A DNA stretch of 64,000 nucleotides from Candidatus Woesebacteria bacterium (GTDB taxonomy: Bacteria; Patescibacteriota; Microgenomatia; UBA8517). The DNA is taken from NCBI GenBank assembly GCA_003484955.1, contig DMZH01000003.1:47815-111814 (forward strand). Reading direction: 5' to 3'. Below the pieces are notes generated by a model that worked only from the letters and a program-made list of their open reading frames with translations, was not told where the DNA came from and ran no database searches. Every line of letters begins with the position of its first letter. Positions within the stretch are counted from its first letter, which is position 1. The position numbers were made by a program, and so were the translations under genes. Shown here piece after piece: positions 9,413 through 18,692 of this stretch.

Positions 9413-10291
9413 ATGTCACTGACTAGAGCAGAATCCTCATATTATGTATATTTAACTGAACGCATGGATAAGGGCGAGAGTAAAAACATAGTTATTCCAA
9501 CAACTGTTGACCTTATCTCCAAACACTCACAACTCAAATCCGTAGTTAAAATATTAGATATTGGTTGTTTTAACGGAGCAATGCTTAATCAAATAAGACT
9601 CGGTACACCAGCTGAACTCAGGCAACGGGTTAGTTATACCGGAGCAGAAATTGACGGAAGTTTAATAGAAGATGGTAGAAAGAGATATCCAGAATTAAAT
9701 TTTCGTAAATTAAATTTGCAGGAACAATTACCAGACCTAGAACAATATGACATTGTTATATTATCAAATGTTTTACATGAAGTTATACCAAATAGCGAAA
9801 ATATAGATGTTGAGAAAGTAATTGGTGCATCATTAAAAAAGATTTCTTCACTTGTAACTGCAGATGGAGATTTGTTAATTTTAGACGGCTTAAGACCTGA
9901 CAACGATACTGATATTGTAGAGGTATGTTTTGCCACAAGTGAAGTTCATGAACTTTATAAGCAATTTGCCGAGAAATACACCGCTTTTAAAATATATGCA
10001 ACAGATCTTGGAGAAAATATAATTCAAACCAGAGTTAAGGATTTAGCAGCATTTCTTACTAAAGCAAGGTATTTGTTTGAAAGTTATTGGTCAATTGAAT
10101 CACAACAAATTTATCAATACTTCAACAAGCAGCAATTTACCAAAGCGCTACAATTATCAGGCTTCAGAATTGAAAGGCTTGAGCCGCAAAGATTTGATCA
10201 GGAGCATGTAGATAGAATGTTTTCCTCTATAACGCCTAAGATCGAATATCCTGCCAAAAATTTGTTAATTGTAGCGACTAAGAATAACTAA
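9413..10291 (+). CDS. Class I SAM-dependent methyltransferase
   Basis: Motif I ILDIGCFNG; post-I acidic residue; DIVILSNVLHEV. It is translationally coupled to the radical SAM gene by a 1-nt gap. Confidence 0.7.
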   Translation: MSLTRAESSYYVYLTERMDKGESKNIVIPTTVDLISKHSQLKSVVKILDIGCFNGAMLNQIRLGTPAELRQRVSYTGAEIDGSLIEDGRKRYPELNFRKLNLQEQLPDLEQYDIVILSNVLHEVIPNSENIDVEKVIGASLKKISSLVTADGDLLILDGLRPDNDTDIVEVCFATSEVHELYKQFAEKYTAFKIYATDLGENIIQTRVKDLAAFLTKARYLFESYWSIESQQIYQYFNKQQFTKALQLSGFRIERLEPQRFDQEHVDRMFSSITPKIEYPAKNLLIVATKNN

Positions 10292-11310
10292 CTTGCATTT
10301 AGAATGTCATGGATCGTCTTGGACACTTGGCCAAGATTTCCACCAGATACGCTCATTATTCCACTTTTTTTAACCATTTGGTTGATACAGTCTACTCGCC
10401 TATTGTGTTTATCTTCAGTATCCAACGAAGGCATGTAACCTAAAAACTTTGCTTCTTTACTAAATACACTTATAGCTGATCCTCTTACAATTCTAGACAT
10501 ATCTTCATACAATCGATACAAAAATGGAATTCCATCATCTTTTTCAACCAACAGAGGATCCTGTTCTTTACTGTCCAGGTGAATCTCAAAGATTGCATCT
10601 AATTTGTTAGGTTCTAGAGCTGAAACAAGACCTATTTGTTCGGGATTAACTGAAATTTTATCTTCCCAAGCCGATCCATTTGTCCCATGAAATAAGTCTG
10701 CTAAATCGGGAAAATTTCTTAAAACTGTTGACAGTCGTAATCTCAAATCCTTTGTACCATTAATTAAGTTTATGTCACCCGAGGCAGAATTATGCGATAC
10801 AACAGTTAAGTCGTTCGATACGACTTGCCCATTATATTTCCGACATAAATCAAGCATCACAGAAGTCTTTCCTGCACCACTATGCCCTAGTAACAACACT
10901 CCCTTACCATCAATGGTTAAGGCTGACGAGTGTAGCGTAAACAATGATTTCTCTTGTCTTTGAGCTTCCATTAACCAATAACTTGTCCACAAAACAGCCT
11001 GTCCATCTATGAAGTCGTCTTTACTTCCCATTAAGATGACTGAGGTTGTTTCTTCGTCAAACCTGAGTGATTTTGTATCACTTTCTATAAGAATTAATGA
11101 GGCCGAATTTTCCACTTTTGATTGGCCCACTATTAAACCAGGTACTATCCCTGAAAGATCTGCAATATTTGTTAATAAATCAACCTTTCGATCGTCAAAC
11201 TCTGTAAACAAATTGACACTCCCCTCTGGGGTTTGAAGATTGCCTTTAAAACCAGCTTGAGCAAATTTTTCTTTATCCTTGTTTCCGATTAAGCCTTCGC
11301 GTTCAGGCAT
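10288..11310 (-). CDS. HPr kinase/phosphorylase-like P-loop kinase (HprK-related family)
   Basis: LHSSALTIDGKGVLLLGHSGAGKTS matches the HprK C-terminal domain signature (LHG...GxGVLLxGxSGxGKS). Confidence 0.55.
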   Translation of the reverse strand: MPEREGLIGNKDKEKFAQAGFKGNLQTPEGSVNLFTEFDDRKVDLLTNIADLSGIVPGLIVGQSKVENSASLILIESDTKSLRFDEETTSVILMGSKDDFIDGQAVLWTSYWLMEAQRQEKSLFTLHSSALTIDGKGVLLLGHSGAGKTSVMLDLCRKYNGQVVSNDLTVVSHNSASGDINLINGTKDLRLRLSTVLRNFPDLADLFHGTNGSAWEDKISVNPEQIGLVSALEPNKLDAIFEIHLDSKEQDPLLVEKDDGIPFLYRLYEDMSRIVRGSAISVFSKEAKFLGYMPSLDTEDKHNRRVDCINQMVKKSGIMSVSGGNLGQVSKTIHDILNAS

Positions 11311-11342
11311 GGCCTGTATTATATCACTATAAGAAGATTAAA

Positions 11343-11831
11343 TTAATTTATTTCGCCCAAGTAGCCTATTGGACCATTAAAACCGTTTTTGTAGTCATTT
11401 AGAATTCTTCTTACAAGACCTTTTGGCTTTATGTTGTATTGATCAAGTTTGTTTAAATCTAGCCATATTTCCCTGTGTGTATCTTTGTATTCTTCATCTA
11501 CAACACCATCTATCTCTTCAAATTTATCAACATCGCCTAGAACAAAAAGTTCTAAACTATGTTCGTTTTCTTCAAGAATTATAAAATCTCTCACATATAA
11601 TATCTTTTTGAAAGTAAATTTTGCTTTACATTCTTCCTCTATTTCCCTTTCACAAGCACGTTTGATAGTCTCACCATATTCCATTTTGCCACCAATAAAG
11701 AAATAAAAATCCTCATCGCTCACATAGGACATAAGTATTTTATTATTTTTGATAATAACTAGTCTCATTCGTACTTTTATTTTTTTTGCAACTTCATCCA
11801 TACCGAGACAGTTTAATATACTCTGAACCAA
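11343..11831 (-). CDS. Nudix hydrolase
   Basis: Nudix box GGKMEYGETIKRACEREIEEE. Confidence 0.75.
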   Translation of the reverse strand: MVQSILNCLGMDEVAKKIKVRMRLVIIKNNKILMSYVSDEDFYFFIGGKMEYGETIKRACEREIEEECKAKFTFKKILYVRDFIILEENEHSLELFVLGDVDKFEEIDGVVDEEYKDTHREIWLDLNKLDQYNIKPKGLVRRILNDYKNGFNGPIGYLGEIN

Positions 11832-12031
11832 AATGAAATATCTTGAAAAAGTTAAGCTAAATAAATTTTAATGCAGGTAGTTTAGAATGGATGATTCTTC
11901 CTAAATAATCCATTTCAATAATTTGTCTAGCTCTTCTTGGCTTTGGCAACTTGAATTTAAATTTGAAGTTCAAAAATGGAGATGCAAATTGTGAATTCCC
12001 ACGGATAATCCCATACTCTGTATTTTATCAC

Positions 12032-12580
12032 TCACCGACTGAGATTGTTTTCGGATTCAAAATAGAGAAGTAAAACAGCTAAACTGATTCCACATTTTAT
12101 TTTGCCTGAATGTATCAAACTTATTATCTCTTGTTTACTATACTTCTCGACCGATAAAATATCTTTCTCCAAACCCAATGATCTTGTTTCTGTTAAATTC
12201 TGAGCTAAATAGGCAATAATTTTTGTTGTTTCGTGCCCGGGGGCCACATAAAACTCTCCAATTTTGTTCCACTTCATGGCCTTTATTCCAGTTTCCTCAA
12301 ACAATTCACGCTTGGCAGAAGCAAGATGTGTTCCTGAATCCACCATTCCTGCTGGCAATTGCAATATCCTCTTGTCTAAAGGATACCTATACTCTCTTAT
12401 AAAGACGATTTTGTTATCTTTAGTTTTGGCTATAACAAAAACAGCTGGTTTCTTTCTGATTAAGAAATAAATGTCATTTTCAGAAATTTTATGTTTCTCA
12501 ACAGAAAACCATGGATTTTTGTGGATTACTTTTTTTACAATCATATCTTTATTGGCTGACATCATGTTTCCTGAGGCCAT
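12032..12580 (-). CDS. Nudix hydrolase (ADP-ribose pyrophosphatase-like)
   Basis: Nudix box LPAGMVDSGTHLASAKRELFEETGI. Confidence 0.75.
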   Translation of the reverse strand: MASGNMMSANKDMIVKKVIHKNPWFSVEKHKISENDIYFLIRKKPAVFVIAKTKDNKIVFIREYRYPLDKRILQLPAGMVDSGTHLASAKRELFEETGIKAMKWNKIGEFYVAPGHETTKIIAYLAQNLTETRSLGLEKDILSVEKYSKQEIISLIHSGKIKCGISLAVLLLYFESENNLSR

Positions 12581-12630
12581 TTTAACACAATTGGTTTATT
12601 GTTTAACAAATCTCTCCTTAATTTTTGGTA

Positions 12631-12660
12631 ATATCTGGCAACATCTGGAAATATCTGGTA
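12631..12660. promoter_or_regulatory. Three 10-bp phased direct repeats (ATATCTGGCA / ACATCTGGAA / ATATCTGGTA) ending 10 nt upstream of the fic start codon
   Basis: Read directly; exact 10-bp periodicity. Confidence 0.5.
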
Positions 12661-12670
12661 GTATTAGGCA

Positions 12671-13657
12671 ATGTTGATTCCTCCAAAATATTTTCTCAAT
12701 ACTAATATCTCTAAACTTCTATCTAAAATAGAGGCTGCCAAAGAGATTGTTGAAAATATATCAATTCCCCCCGAAGTTGAATTAAACATCAGGCGCAAGT
12801 CAACTTTGAAAAGTTCCGTTTTTTCGGCAAGAATTGAGGGTAATCCCACACTTCTGGATGATTATTCAAGGCTTTCCTCAAAAGACAAAAAGAGAGTTGA
12901 AATAGAAAATATCTTAAAAGCAATAAATTGGATTCAGGAAAGGAACAAAAAAGATATTTCCGTAAAAGACATTTTGACTTTGCACTCAATCGTTATGAAA
13001 GGGATTGAATATGAAGAATTGGGAAAATTCAGAAAGAAGCATGAAGGTATATTCACAACTGCAGGGACTGTTGTCTATCATGCTCCCCCTCCTAGCCTAA
13101 TACCCAAGCTGATTGAAAGACTTTTGAAGTATACCAATGGCAACAAGGAAACCCTTGTTCCTGTTAAGGCGCTTCTTTCCCACTTTGTTTTCGAAAAAAT
13201 ACATCCATTTACAGACGGCAGCGGAAGGGTCGGAAGACTTTTTATCTTGATGGTACTGACAAAAAATGATTATGGACTTAAAGGAATTTTACCATTTGAA
13301 GAGAAAGTCGATAAAAGACGTGAGACTTATTACAAAATGCTTGAAGAGCCAGAACGTGACACCACAAATTACCTGGAATTTATGCTTGAATTGATTGCCG
13401 AGGCGGCCACAGAAGCAAAAGGGCTAGTGCTCAAAAAACAAAAGGTTGAAAGCTACGACACGCTTTTACCCAGAAGGGGTGAAATACTACGGCTTATAAA
13501 TGACCAAAAAATAATCAACTTTGACAGCATCAGAAGGAGATTTAAAAATGTTAACGAAAGGACGCTACGCTACGATTTAATGAGGTTGGCAAAAGAAGGT
13601 TTTATCCAAAAAATGGGTTCTACCCGTGGTGTGTATTATAAACCCAAGAACTCATAA
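12671..13657 (+). CDS. Fic-family protein (class II, with an N-terminal inhibitory helix motif) and a C-terminal winged-helix domain
   Basis: Fic motif HPFTDGSGRVGR; inhibitory motif SARIEGN near the N-terminus. Confidence 0.8.
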   Translation: MLIPPKYFLNTNISKLLSKIEAAKEIVENISIPPEVELNIRRKSTLKSSVFSARIEGNPTLLDDYSRLSSKDKKRVEIENILKAINWIQERNKKDISVKDILTLHSIVMKGIEYEELGKFRKKHEGIFTTAGTVVYHAPPPSLIPKLIERLLKYTNGNKETLVPVKALLSHFVFEKIHPFTDGSGRVGRLFILMVLTKNDYGLKGILPFEEKVDKRRETYYKMLEEPERDTTNYLEFMLELIAEAATEAKGLVLKKQKVESYDTLLPRRGEILRLINDQKIINFDSIRRRFKNVNERTLRYDLMRLAKEGFIQKMGSTRGVYYKPKNS

Positions 13658-13659
13658 AA

Positions 13660-14427
13660 TTATCCTTCTCGAGAATTTAAGTCGACTTCCATATTCCATT
13701 CTTTTTCATATTCCTTGGTAAACTGATCAAATCTTTCAAACTTTTCGCGTCGGTTTAGTCCCTGGTTCAAAAGCTCATCAACCATGCCTTTTACTTGTTC
13801 TATCTTTAGATTCAATTCCGATGAAATTCTATCAATTGCGCGATCATATTCGTTAAAGATTTCAAATGTGTCAAAAGTACAAACTCTCCTAACCAAAAAT
13901 TTGTAAAAACCATCGTTTACATGGGGATTCTTGCCTCTGGCTATGGGTAAACCAATCGAATTTCTTAATTCATTTTTTCTGTCCTGAACATCTTTTCTTA
14001 ACAATCTTTCGTAATCCTGATTAAAACGTCGAGAGGAAGACTTGTGTAATTTCATCAAATATTTTTCCGGGTCGTAGAAATCTTCAGGCTCCGATTCTGA
14101 TATACTTTTGAGGCTGGTTTCTTCCCAAAAAGCGGGTTGGAAAACCTTTTCTCCCGATGATTTTTTATGTTTCTTGTGGTCTTTTGCCCTTCCGAGTTCT
14201 CCGGATGTGTAAAGCGGAATTTTTCTGCCCTTCTCAAGCATTTGATTTTTTATGAGATTGACCCGCTCGGCAAACCTGGGATCATCCGACATTACCCCAA
14301 GATAAAAATCCATTACCATCTGGTTATTCTCATCCATATCTTCCCTTTTAATTTTTCCGGACAGAAAAAGAGCTAGTGTGTGAGCAATGTCTTGATTGTT
14401 GGTGCCTCTTTGTTGTTCAGAACTCAT
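13660..14427 (-). CDS. Hypothetical protein (charged, Lys/Glu-rich)
   Basis: Long ORF, no recognisable motif. Confidence 0.4.
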   Translation of the reverse strand: MSSEQQRGTNNQDIAHTLALFLSGKIKREDMDENNQMVMDFYLGVMSDDPRFAERVNLIKNQMLEKGRKIPLYTSGELGRAKDHKKHKKSSGEKVFQPAFWEETSLKSISESEPEDFYDPEKYLMKLHKSSSRRFNQDYERLLRKDVQDRKNELRNSIGLPIARGKNPHVNDGFYKFLVRRVCTFDTFEIFNEYDRAIDRISSELNLKIEQVKGMVDELLNQGLNRREKFERFDQFTKEYEKEWNMEVDLNSREG

Positions 14428-14567
14428 GAATTTCTCCTTATGCCCCCGTACTATACCAGATTTTTTTCCGTATGCAATTTTCCAACAAAAAACCGGAGAT
14501 AAACATCATCTTTTAAAAAACAAAGATGAAGCTTAGAGCTCCGGATTTGCTAAAACAATTTCAAAAA

Positions 14568-14918
14568 CTATTGAGAGGTGTCTCTTCCGACAGAACCTGT
14601 TAATATCAGTATCTGTCTGCCGTCTAAAACGACATAAACATTCCCAACTTCTTCAATATCAGGATCGGATGATCCGCAAGACGGTAAGTTAATAGCCTTA
14701 CCACCGGATCCGCCTTCACCTGTGGCAACAACTGCCCGTAAAATAAAAACAGGGCTGCCTGTCAGATCGTAGCCAATTCTGTTTGTCACGACTTGATAGC
14801 CATCGGGTGCAGTACATCCAGCGCCGTTTGCCAATGCTGGCAATATAAAGACAAAAAACGACACAAAAATAACTGCCACCAAAACTGCAAGGGATATCTT
14901 CAAACCTTTCTTTTCCAT
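14568..14918 (-). CDS. Small exported or membrane-anchored hypothetical protein
   Basis: N-terminal hydrophobic segment, GEGGSGG motif. Confidence 0.35.
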   Translation of the reverse strand: MEKKGLKISLAVLVAVIFVSFFVFILPALANGAGCTAPDGYQVVTNRIGYDLTGSPVFILRAVVATGEGGSGGKAINLPSCGSSDPDIEEVGNVYVVLDGRQILILTGSVGRDTSQ

Positions 14919-15026
14919 CGCGTCCTCCTTTGGACTAAAACTAAGTTCTTGAAATTTAAGGTACTAAAAAAACATTCCAGGCGCACGCCTAGATGGGCAA
15001 AATTCTAACACTATAAGTCTAAATTG

Positions 15027-15458
15027 TCAAGCTATAGGATCTGTTGGGATTGGCTTTGAAGCTTTACGGTTAAGGAGGATTCCCAAAATAAATACTGTTA
15101 TCATGTCCAGTTGACAGAGAACACAGACAGGACAAATTACATGAAGTTGGAATAGCTCACGGTAGGCAATATAAAGACAGAATGCCAGGCCAAAGGCAGC
15201 CATTCCTAAAACCAATTTGGCGTTTTTCTTGAATGCCGCGAAAAGAATTATTATGTAGCCAACAAGACCGATTAGAGGTGTCGGAATTCCTAAAGTCTTT
15301 GACACTTCCCCACTTATAACGGCGTCACAATTAACTGTCGCGTTTATGTTGCAAGGCTGAAAACTGGGGCGGAAAATTTGCTCCCAAAGAAGAAAAAGTG
15401 CTAGAAAAATTCCAAGTCCTGCTAAAATCTTAATCCAATTAAAAAACTTTTCTTTCAT
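15027..15458 (-). CDS. VKOR-family (vitamin K epoxide reductase-like) thiol oxidoreductase membrane protein
   Basis: Multi-TM protein with paired-Cys loop (CNINATVNC) and CPVCVLC in a TM helix. Confidence 0.55.
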   Translation of the reverse strand: MKEKFFNWIKILAGLGIFLALFLLWEQIFRPSFQPCNINATVNCDAVISGEVSKTLGIPTPLIGLVGYIIILFAAFKKNAKLVLGMAAFGLAFCLYIAYRELFQLHVICPVCVLCQLDMITVFILGILLNRKASKPIPTDPIA

Positions 15459-15505
15459 CTGTGTAATTCTATAACAACACTCAACAAAACCGCAAGCATT
15501 TTTAA

Positions 15506-15763
15506 TTACTTCTTGCAGCCATATGATAGAATGGCAGCATGAGCCAAGAACGTAGGCAGAATCACAATCAAAAACACGATTGGGGTGAATCCCCCATAAT
15601 AAGTCATCTTCTTGTTGTAAATTTTGACAGAATCAGGGAGATAAGAGATTTTGCCCGGCAACAAGAGGAGTTGCAAATATTTAGAAAGCTGCTGATATCC
15701 CCTCTCGTTATTAGTAACATACCTGACGATATTATAAAAAGCCTCAAAATAGACATCACCCAC
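15506..15763 (-). CDS. Small hypothetical membrane protein (uncertain; overlaps opposite-strand ORFs)
   Basis: TM segment FTPIVFLIVILPTFLAHAAIL; same strand as flanking HK and VKOR. Confidence 0.25.
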   Translation of the reverse strand: MGDVYFEAFYNIVRYVTNNERGYQQLSKYLQLLLLPGKISYLPDSVKIYNKKMTYYGGFTPIVFLIVILPTFLAHAAILSYGCKK

Positions 15764-15877
15764 CCCAAAACGGACGAGGAGGATCTGGTTCCTACCGAAC
15801 CAGTACTTTTTGGGGTCAGAGAAAATTTAATTAATGAGTTTGGCCATGAAGTAGTTCGCAGAATTAATATTTCTTTA

Positions 15878-16909
15878 TCAAACGGTACCGAAATTTGACG
15901 CAAACTGCACGCTAAAAGTACTTCCGTTCCCTATTTTGCTCTGAACCTTTATTTTTGCTCCTAACCTTTCCGCAATTGATTTGACAATAGAAAGCCCAAG
16001 TCCGAAGCCTTCTGTGTTTTCTTTTGATCTTGAAGAATCTGCCCTGTAAAATCTGTCGAAAACACGAGGAAGGTCATTTTTTGCTATCCCTATTCCGAAA
16101 TCGCGGACAACTAAAAATCCACCTTTTTTGGTTGAAACTTCTATTTTTTTAGCTTTCCCTGAATACTTTATGGCGTTTTCGATAAGAATACTTGCAAGCT
16201 CAGTTATATATTCCTCGTTGCTGTTCACGTAGACCTTAGCAATATTTTTAACAATCCTAATTTTATTTTGCTTGGCGTAAGAACCTTTACTTTTAATTAC
16301 TCTCGAGATTACGTTTCCAAGATCAATTTTGTCCATTTTCATATCAACTTCGGAGTTCTCAAATCTATGCAGTTTCAGAAGATAATTAGAAAGTTTTTGC
16401 ATGCCATTTATATCATCCAGATTGCTCTTCAAAATATTTTTGGCCTGCATCGGACTTAACTTCTTATCACGCAAGGCTACCTCAATTTCAGTTTTAAGCG
16501 AGGTCAGTGGTGTACGAAGTTCATGGCTGGCATTACTGATAAATTCTTTTTGTTCTTTGACCATCTTAGAGATAGGGTCCAGTGTCAAACCCGCCAAAAG
16601 ATACCCGCCAATCCCTGAAATAACCAAAATTGAGACATTAATAAGGCCAAGTGCGTAGATCACTCTAAGTCTTGCATGTTCTACTGTTTCCATCTCGAGA
16701 GACTGAGTCTCCAGTGGGAACGGAAGACTGTTTTGAATTAGAAATTCTCTTAGATCATCGAGTCTTGCTTCTCTCTCTTTCTGAAGATTATCTACCCGAA
16801 TCAGTTCTCTGTTTATACCAACATAAATAATTACAGAAAAAGAAAGGCTCACGATCATAATAATGACCGAGTACCAAACAGTTAACTTTATACGTGCTTC
16901 CTTAAACAT
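15878..16909 (-). CDS. Sensor histidine kinase (HisKA + HATPase_c)
   Basis: Two N-terminal TMs, H-box SHELRTPLTSL, N/G boxes. Confidence 0.85.
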   Translation of the reverse strand: MFKEARIKLTVWYSVIIMIVSLSFSVIIYVGINRELIRVDNLQKEREARLDDLREFLIQNSLPFPLETQSLEMETVEHARLRVIYALGLINVSILVISGIGGYLLAGLTLDPISKMVKEQKEFISNASHELRTPLTSLKTEIEVALRDKKLSPMQAKNILKSNLDDINGMQKLSNYLLKLHRFENSEVDMKMDKIDLGNVISRVIKSKGSYAKQNKIRIVKNIAKVYVNSNEEYITELASILIENAIKYSGKAKKIEVSTKKGGFLVVRDFGIGIAKNDLPRVFDRFYRADSSRSKENTEGFGLGLSIVKSIAERLGAKIKVQSKIGNGSTFSVQFASNFGTV

Positions 16910-16912
16910 TTT

Positions 16913-17563
16913 TCAAATCCTGTATCCAAACCCCCTTACGGTATGAATTAAATCGTTACCGAGCTTGTCGCGAAGATAGCCAATAAAAACCTCTACTGTG
17001 TTTGGTAGAATATCCGCTTCGTAATTCCATACATGGGCAATTATATTTTCTTTAGAAACCACCTTCCCGGAATTTCTCATTAAATACTCCAAGATTGCAA
17101 ATTCTTTTCTGGAAAGTTCGATGTTTTTACCATTCTTTTTTACTTCAAAAGTATTCGTGTTCAAAACTAAATCATTAACTCTTAGTTCTGAACTTTGAGT
17201 TTCTTTTGGACGCCTGACAAGTGCTCTAACTCTTGCCAAAAGCTCTTCAAATGCAAATGGTTTAACAAGATAGTCGTCGGCTCCGCTGTCCAAACCCTCA
17301 ACCCTATCCCCAACTGCACCCCTTGCCGTAAGCATGAGTATTGGGGTATGGTTGCCCGCTTTTCTCAACTTTTTACAAATCTCGATGCCGGGCATTTTTG
17401 GAAGCATCAAGTCCAGCACTATAACGTCATAATCCTCCGTTGAGGCCAGATCGTAACCTTCTTCACCATCATAGGCAACATCGGTAGCCCACGTTTCCTG
17501 TTCAAAACCGCGTTTTATGGAGTTTGCGATTTTATGCTCGTCTTCAATTACTAAAATTCTCAT
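16913..17563 (-). CDS. OmpR-family response regulator
   Basis: MRILVIEDE receiver start and C-terminal winged-helix; the ORF track extends to an upstream TTG, but the ATG at 17563 is more likely the start. Confidence 0.85.
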   Translation of the reverse strand: MRILVIEDEHKIANSIKRGFEQETWATDVAYDGEEGYDLASTEDYDVIVLDLMLPKMPGIEICKKLRKAGNHTPILMLTARGAVGDRVEGLDSGADDYLVKPFAFEELLARVRALVRRPKETQSSELRVNDLVLNTNTFEVKKNGKNIELSRKEFAILEYLMRNSGKVVSKENIIAHVWNYEADILPNTVEVFIGYLRDKLGNDLIHTVRGFGYRI

Positions 17564-17581
17564 AATATAAAGGGCAATGAT

Positions 17582-17599
17582 GTCTTGCCTTGGCAAGAC
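17582..17599. promoter_or_regulatory. Perfect palindrome GTCTTGCC-tt-GGCAAGAC about 20 bp upstream of the response-regulator start
   Basis: Read directly. Confidence 0.5.
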
Positions 17600-17714
17600 T
17601 GAATATGTTCATTTTCCATCACCAATAATCGCATAATGAGACTATATTATACCCCCACAGTCTTAAAACCAGCTGAAAATATTTTTGTGGTAAAAAGAAA
17701 AAACAAATCAAGAG

Positions 17715-18074
17715 TTGATTTTCTTACCGTTTTCAGACAAAATTTCCCATATGACCAAATACAAGGCGTATTTTGACAAGATGGTTTCAGAAAACAAAGA
17801 TGCTTTTAATAAATTCACCAAAGCGCACTTCGAATATTCAATTGATCAAGAGAAAAACCAGGAGGAATTTAATAAAATCGGTGCCGAAATCCTTAATATT
17901 ATCCATGAATGGGAAGACAGGCTCTGCAAACAATCCGAAAACGCCGGATTCGGTTCCTATACTTCAAATCTTGCTGAGAAATTTCAAACTGAAATAAAAA
18001 GTCATTTTCCTTTAATCGACCACATAGGAATAGTTGTCAATAAATTTTCAATTAAAAAAATTAAACTTCACTAG
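17715..18074 (+). CDS. Hypothetical protein
   Basis: ORF only; start may be the internal Met at about 17751. Confidence 0.35.
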   Translation: MIFLPFSDKISHMTKYKAYFDKMVSENKDAFNKFTKAHFEYSIDQEKNQEEFNKIGAEILNIIHEWEDRLCKQSENAGFGSYTSNLAEKFQTEIKSHFPLIDHIGIVVNKFSIKKIKLH

Positions 18075-18670
18075 AGCACTAGAAGAATTGATCCAATTAT
18101 TACTAATATTCCCACTGCTGTTCCAACTATTGTTGGCCAACTCATTCCTGTTACAGGAATCGGAACCGGCGTTGCCGAGCCTGTAGCTTGGGGTGTTGCA
18201 GAAGAGGTTGCGGTTCCTGTGGGTGTTGCACTGGCAGTCGCAGTGGCAGATGGTGTCGGAGTTAGTGTCGGCGTCGGGCTTGGCGTTGAACACATCGTTA
18301 AATCTGTAGTCCAGGAAGCACCCAGCGACGGACAGCAAAAATTTGTTGAACCGCAAAAAGTTGTGGCACCGACGTTAGTAATCGTTGAACAGCTTATATC
18401 CCTCGGTGAGTCCCCTGCATCCGCTGAATAGCAGCTTTTTAATAAAGTTGGATCCCCTGCGACAGGACAAGCTTCGGCTGCAGGGCAAACAAGAACTGCT
18501 TCTGCCTTTTCCCTAATATCTTGCTGCTGTCTGACAAGAATGACTCCTGCAACAACAGCTATAGCCAAAAAGACAACAACCAAAGCACCTATTATCAAAC
18601 CCTGTTTGGTGTTTTTACTTGGCTTGTTAGTTGTTACAACGTTAAAGCTCGGCTGATTATTTTGCTCCAT
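18071..18670 (-). CDS. Cys-rich surface protein with N-terminal TM, Thr/Pro/Ala-rich linker and C-terminal TM anchor
   Basis: TM LIIGALVVVFLAIAVVAGVILV, about 12 Cys, TPSPTPTLTPTPSATATASATPTGTATSSATP low-complexity, C-terminal hydrophobic tail. Confidence 0.5.
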   Translation of the reverse strand: MEQNNQPSFNVVTTNKPSKNTKQGLIIGALVVVFLAIAVVAGVILVRQQQDIREKAEAVLVCPAAEACPVAGDPTLLKSCYSADAGDSPRDISCSTITNVGATTFCGSTNFCCPSLGASWTTDLTMCSTPSPTPTLTPTPSATATASATPTGTATSSATPQATGSATPVPIPVTGMSWPTIVGTAVGILVIIGSILLVL

Positions 18671-18692
18671 GACTTAATGTTAATTCATTATC

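Noticed and set aside
11832-12031. Small ORFs in the Nudix-Nudix spacer as precursor peptides
   Set aside because: Only 10-17 codon ORFs with no ribosome-binding site or Cys/Ser/Thr-rich cores are present. Nothing is credible.
15539-15903. ORFs 15539-15898 (+) and 15604-15903 (-) overlapping the small membrane ORF
   Set aside because: They mutually overlap on opposite strands in a short gap between the HK and VKOR genes. At most one can be real. The minus-strand 85-aa ORF with a TM helix is kept at low confidence and the others are treated as spurious.
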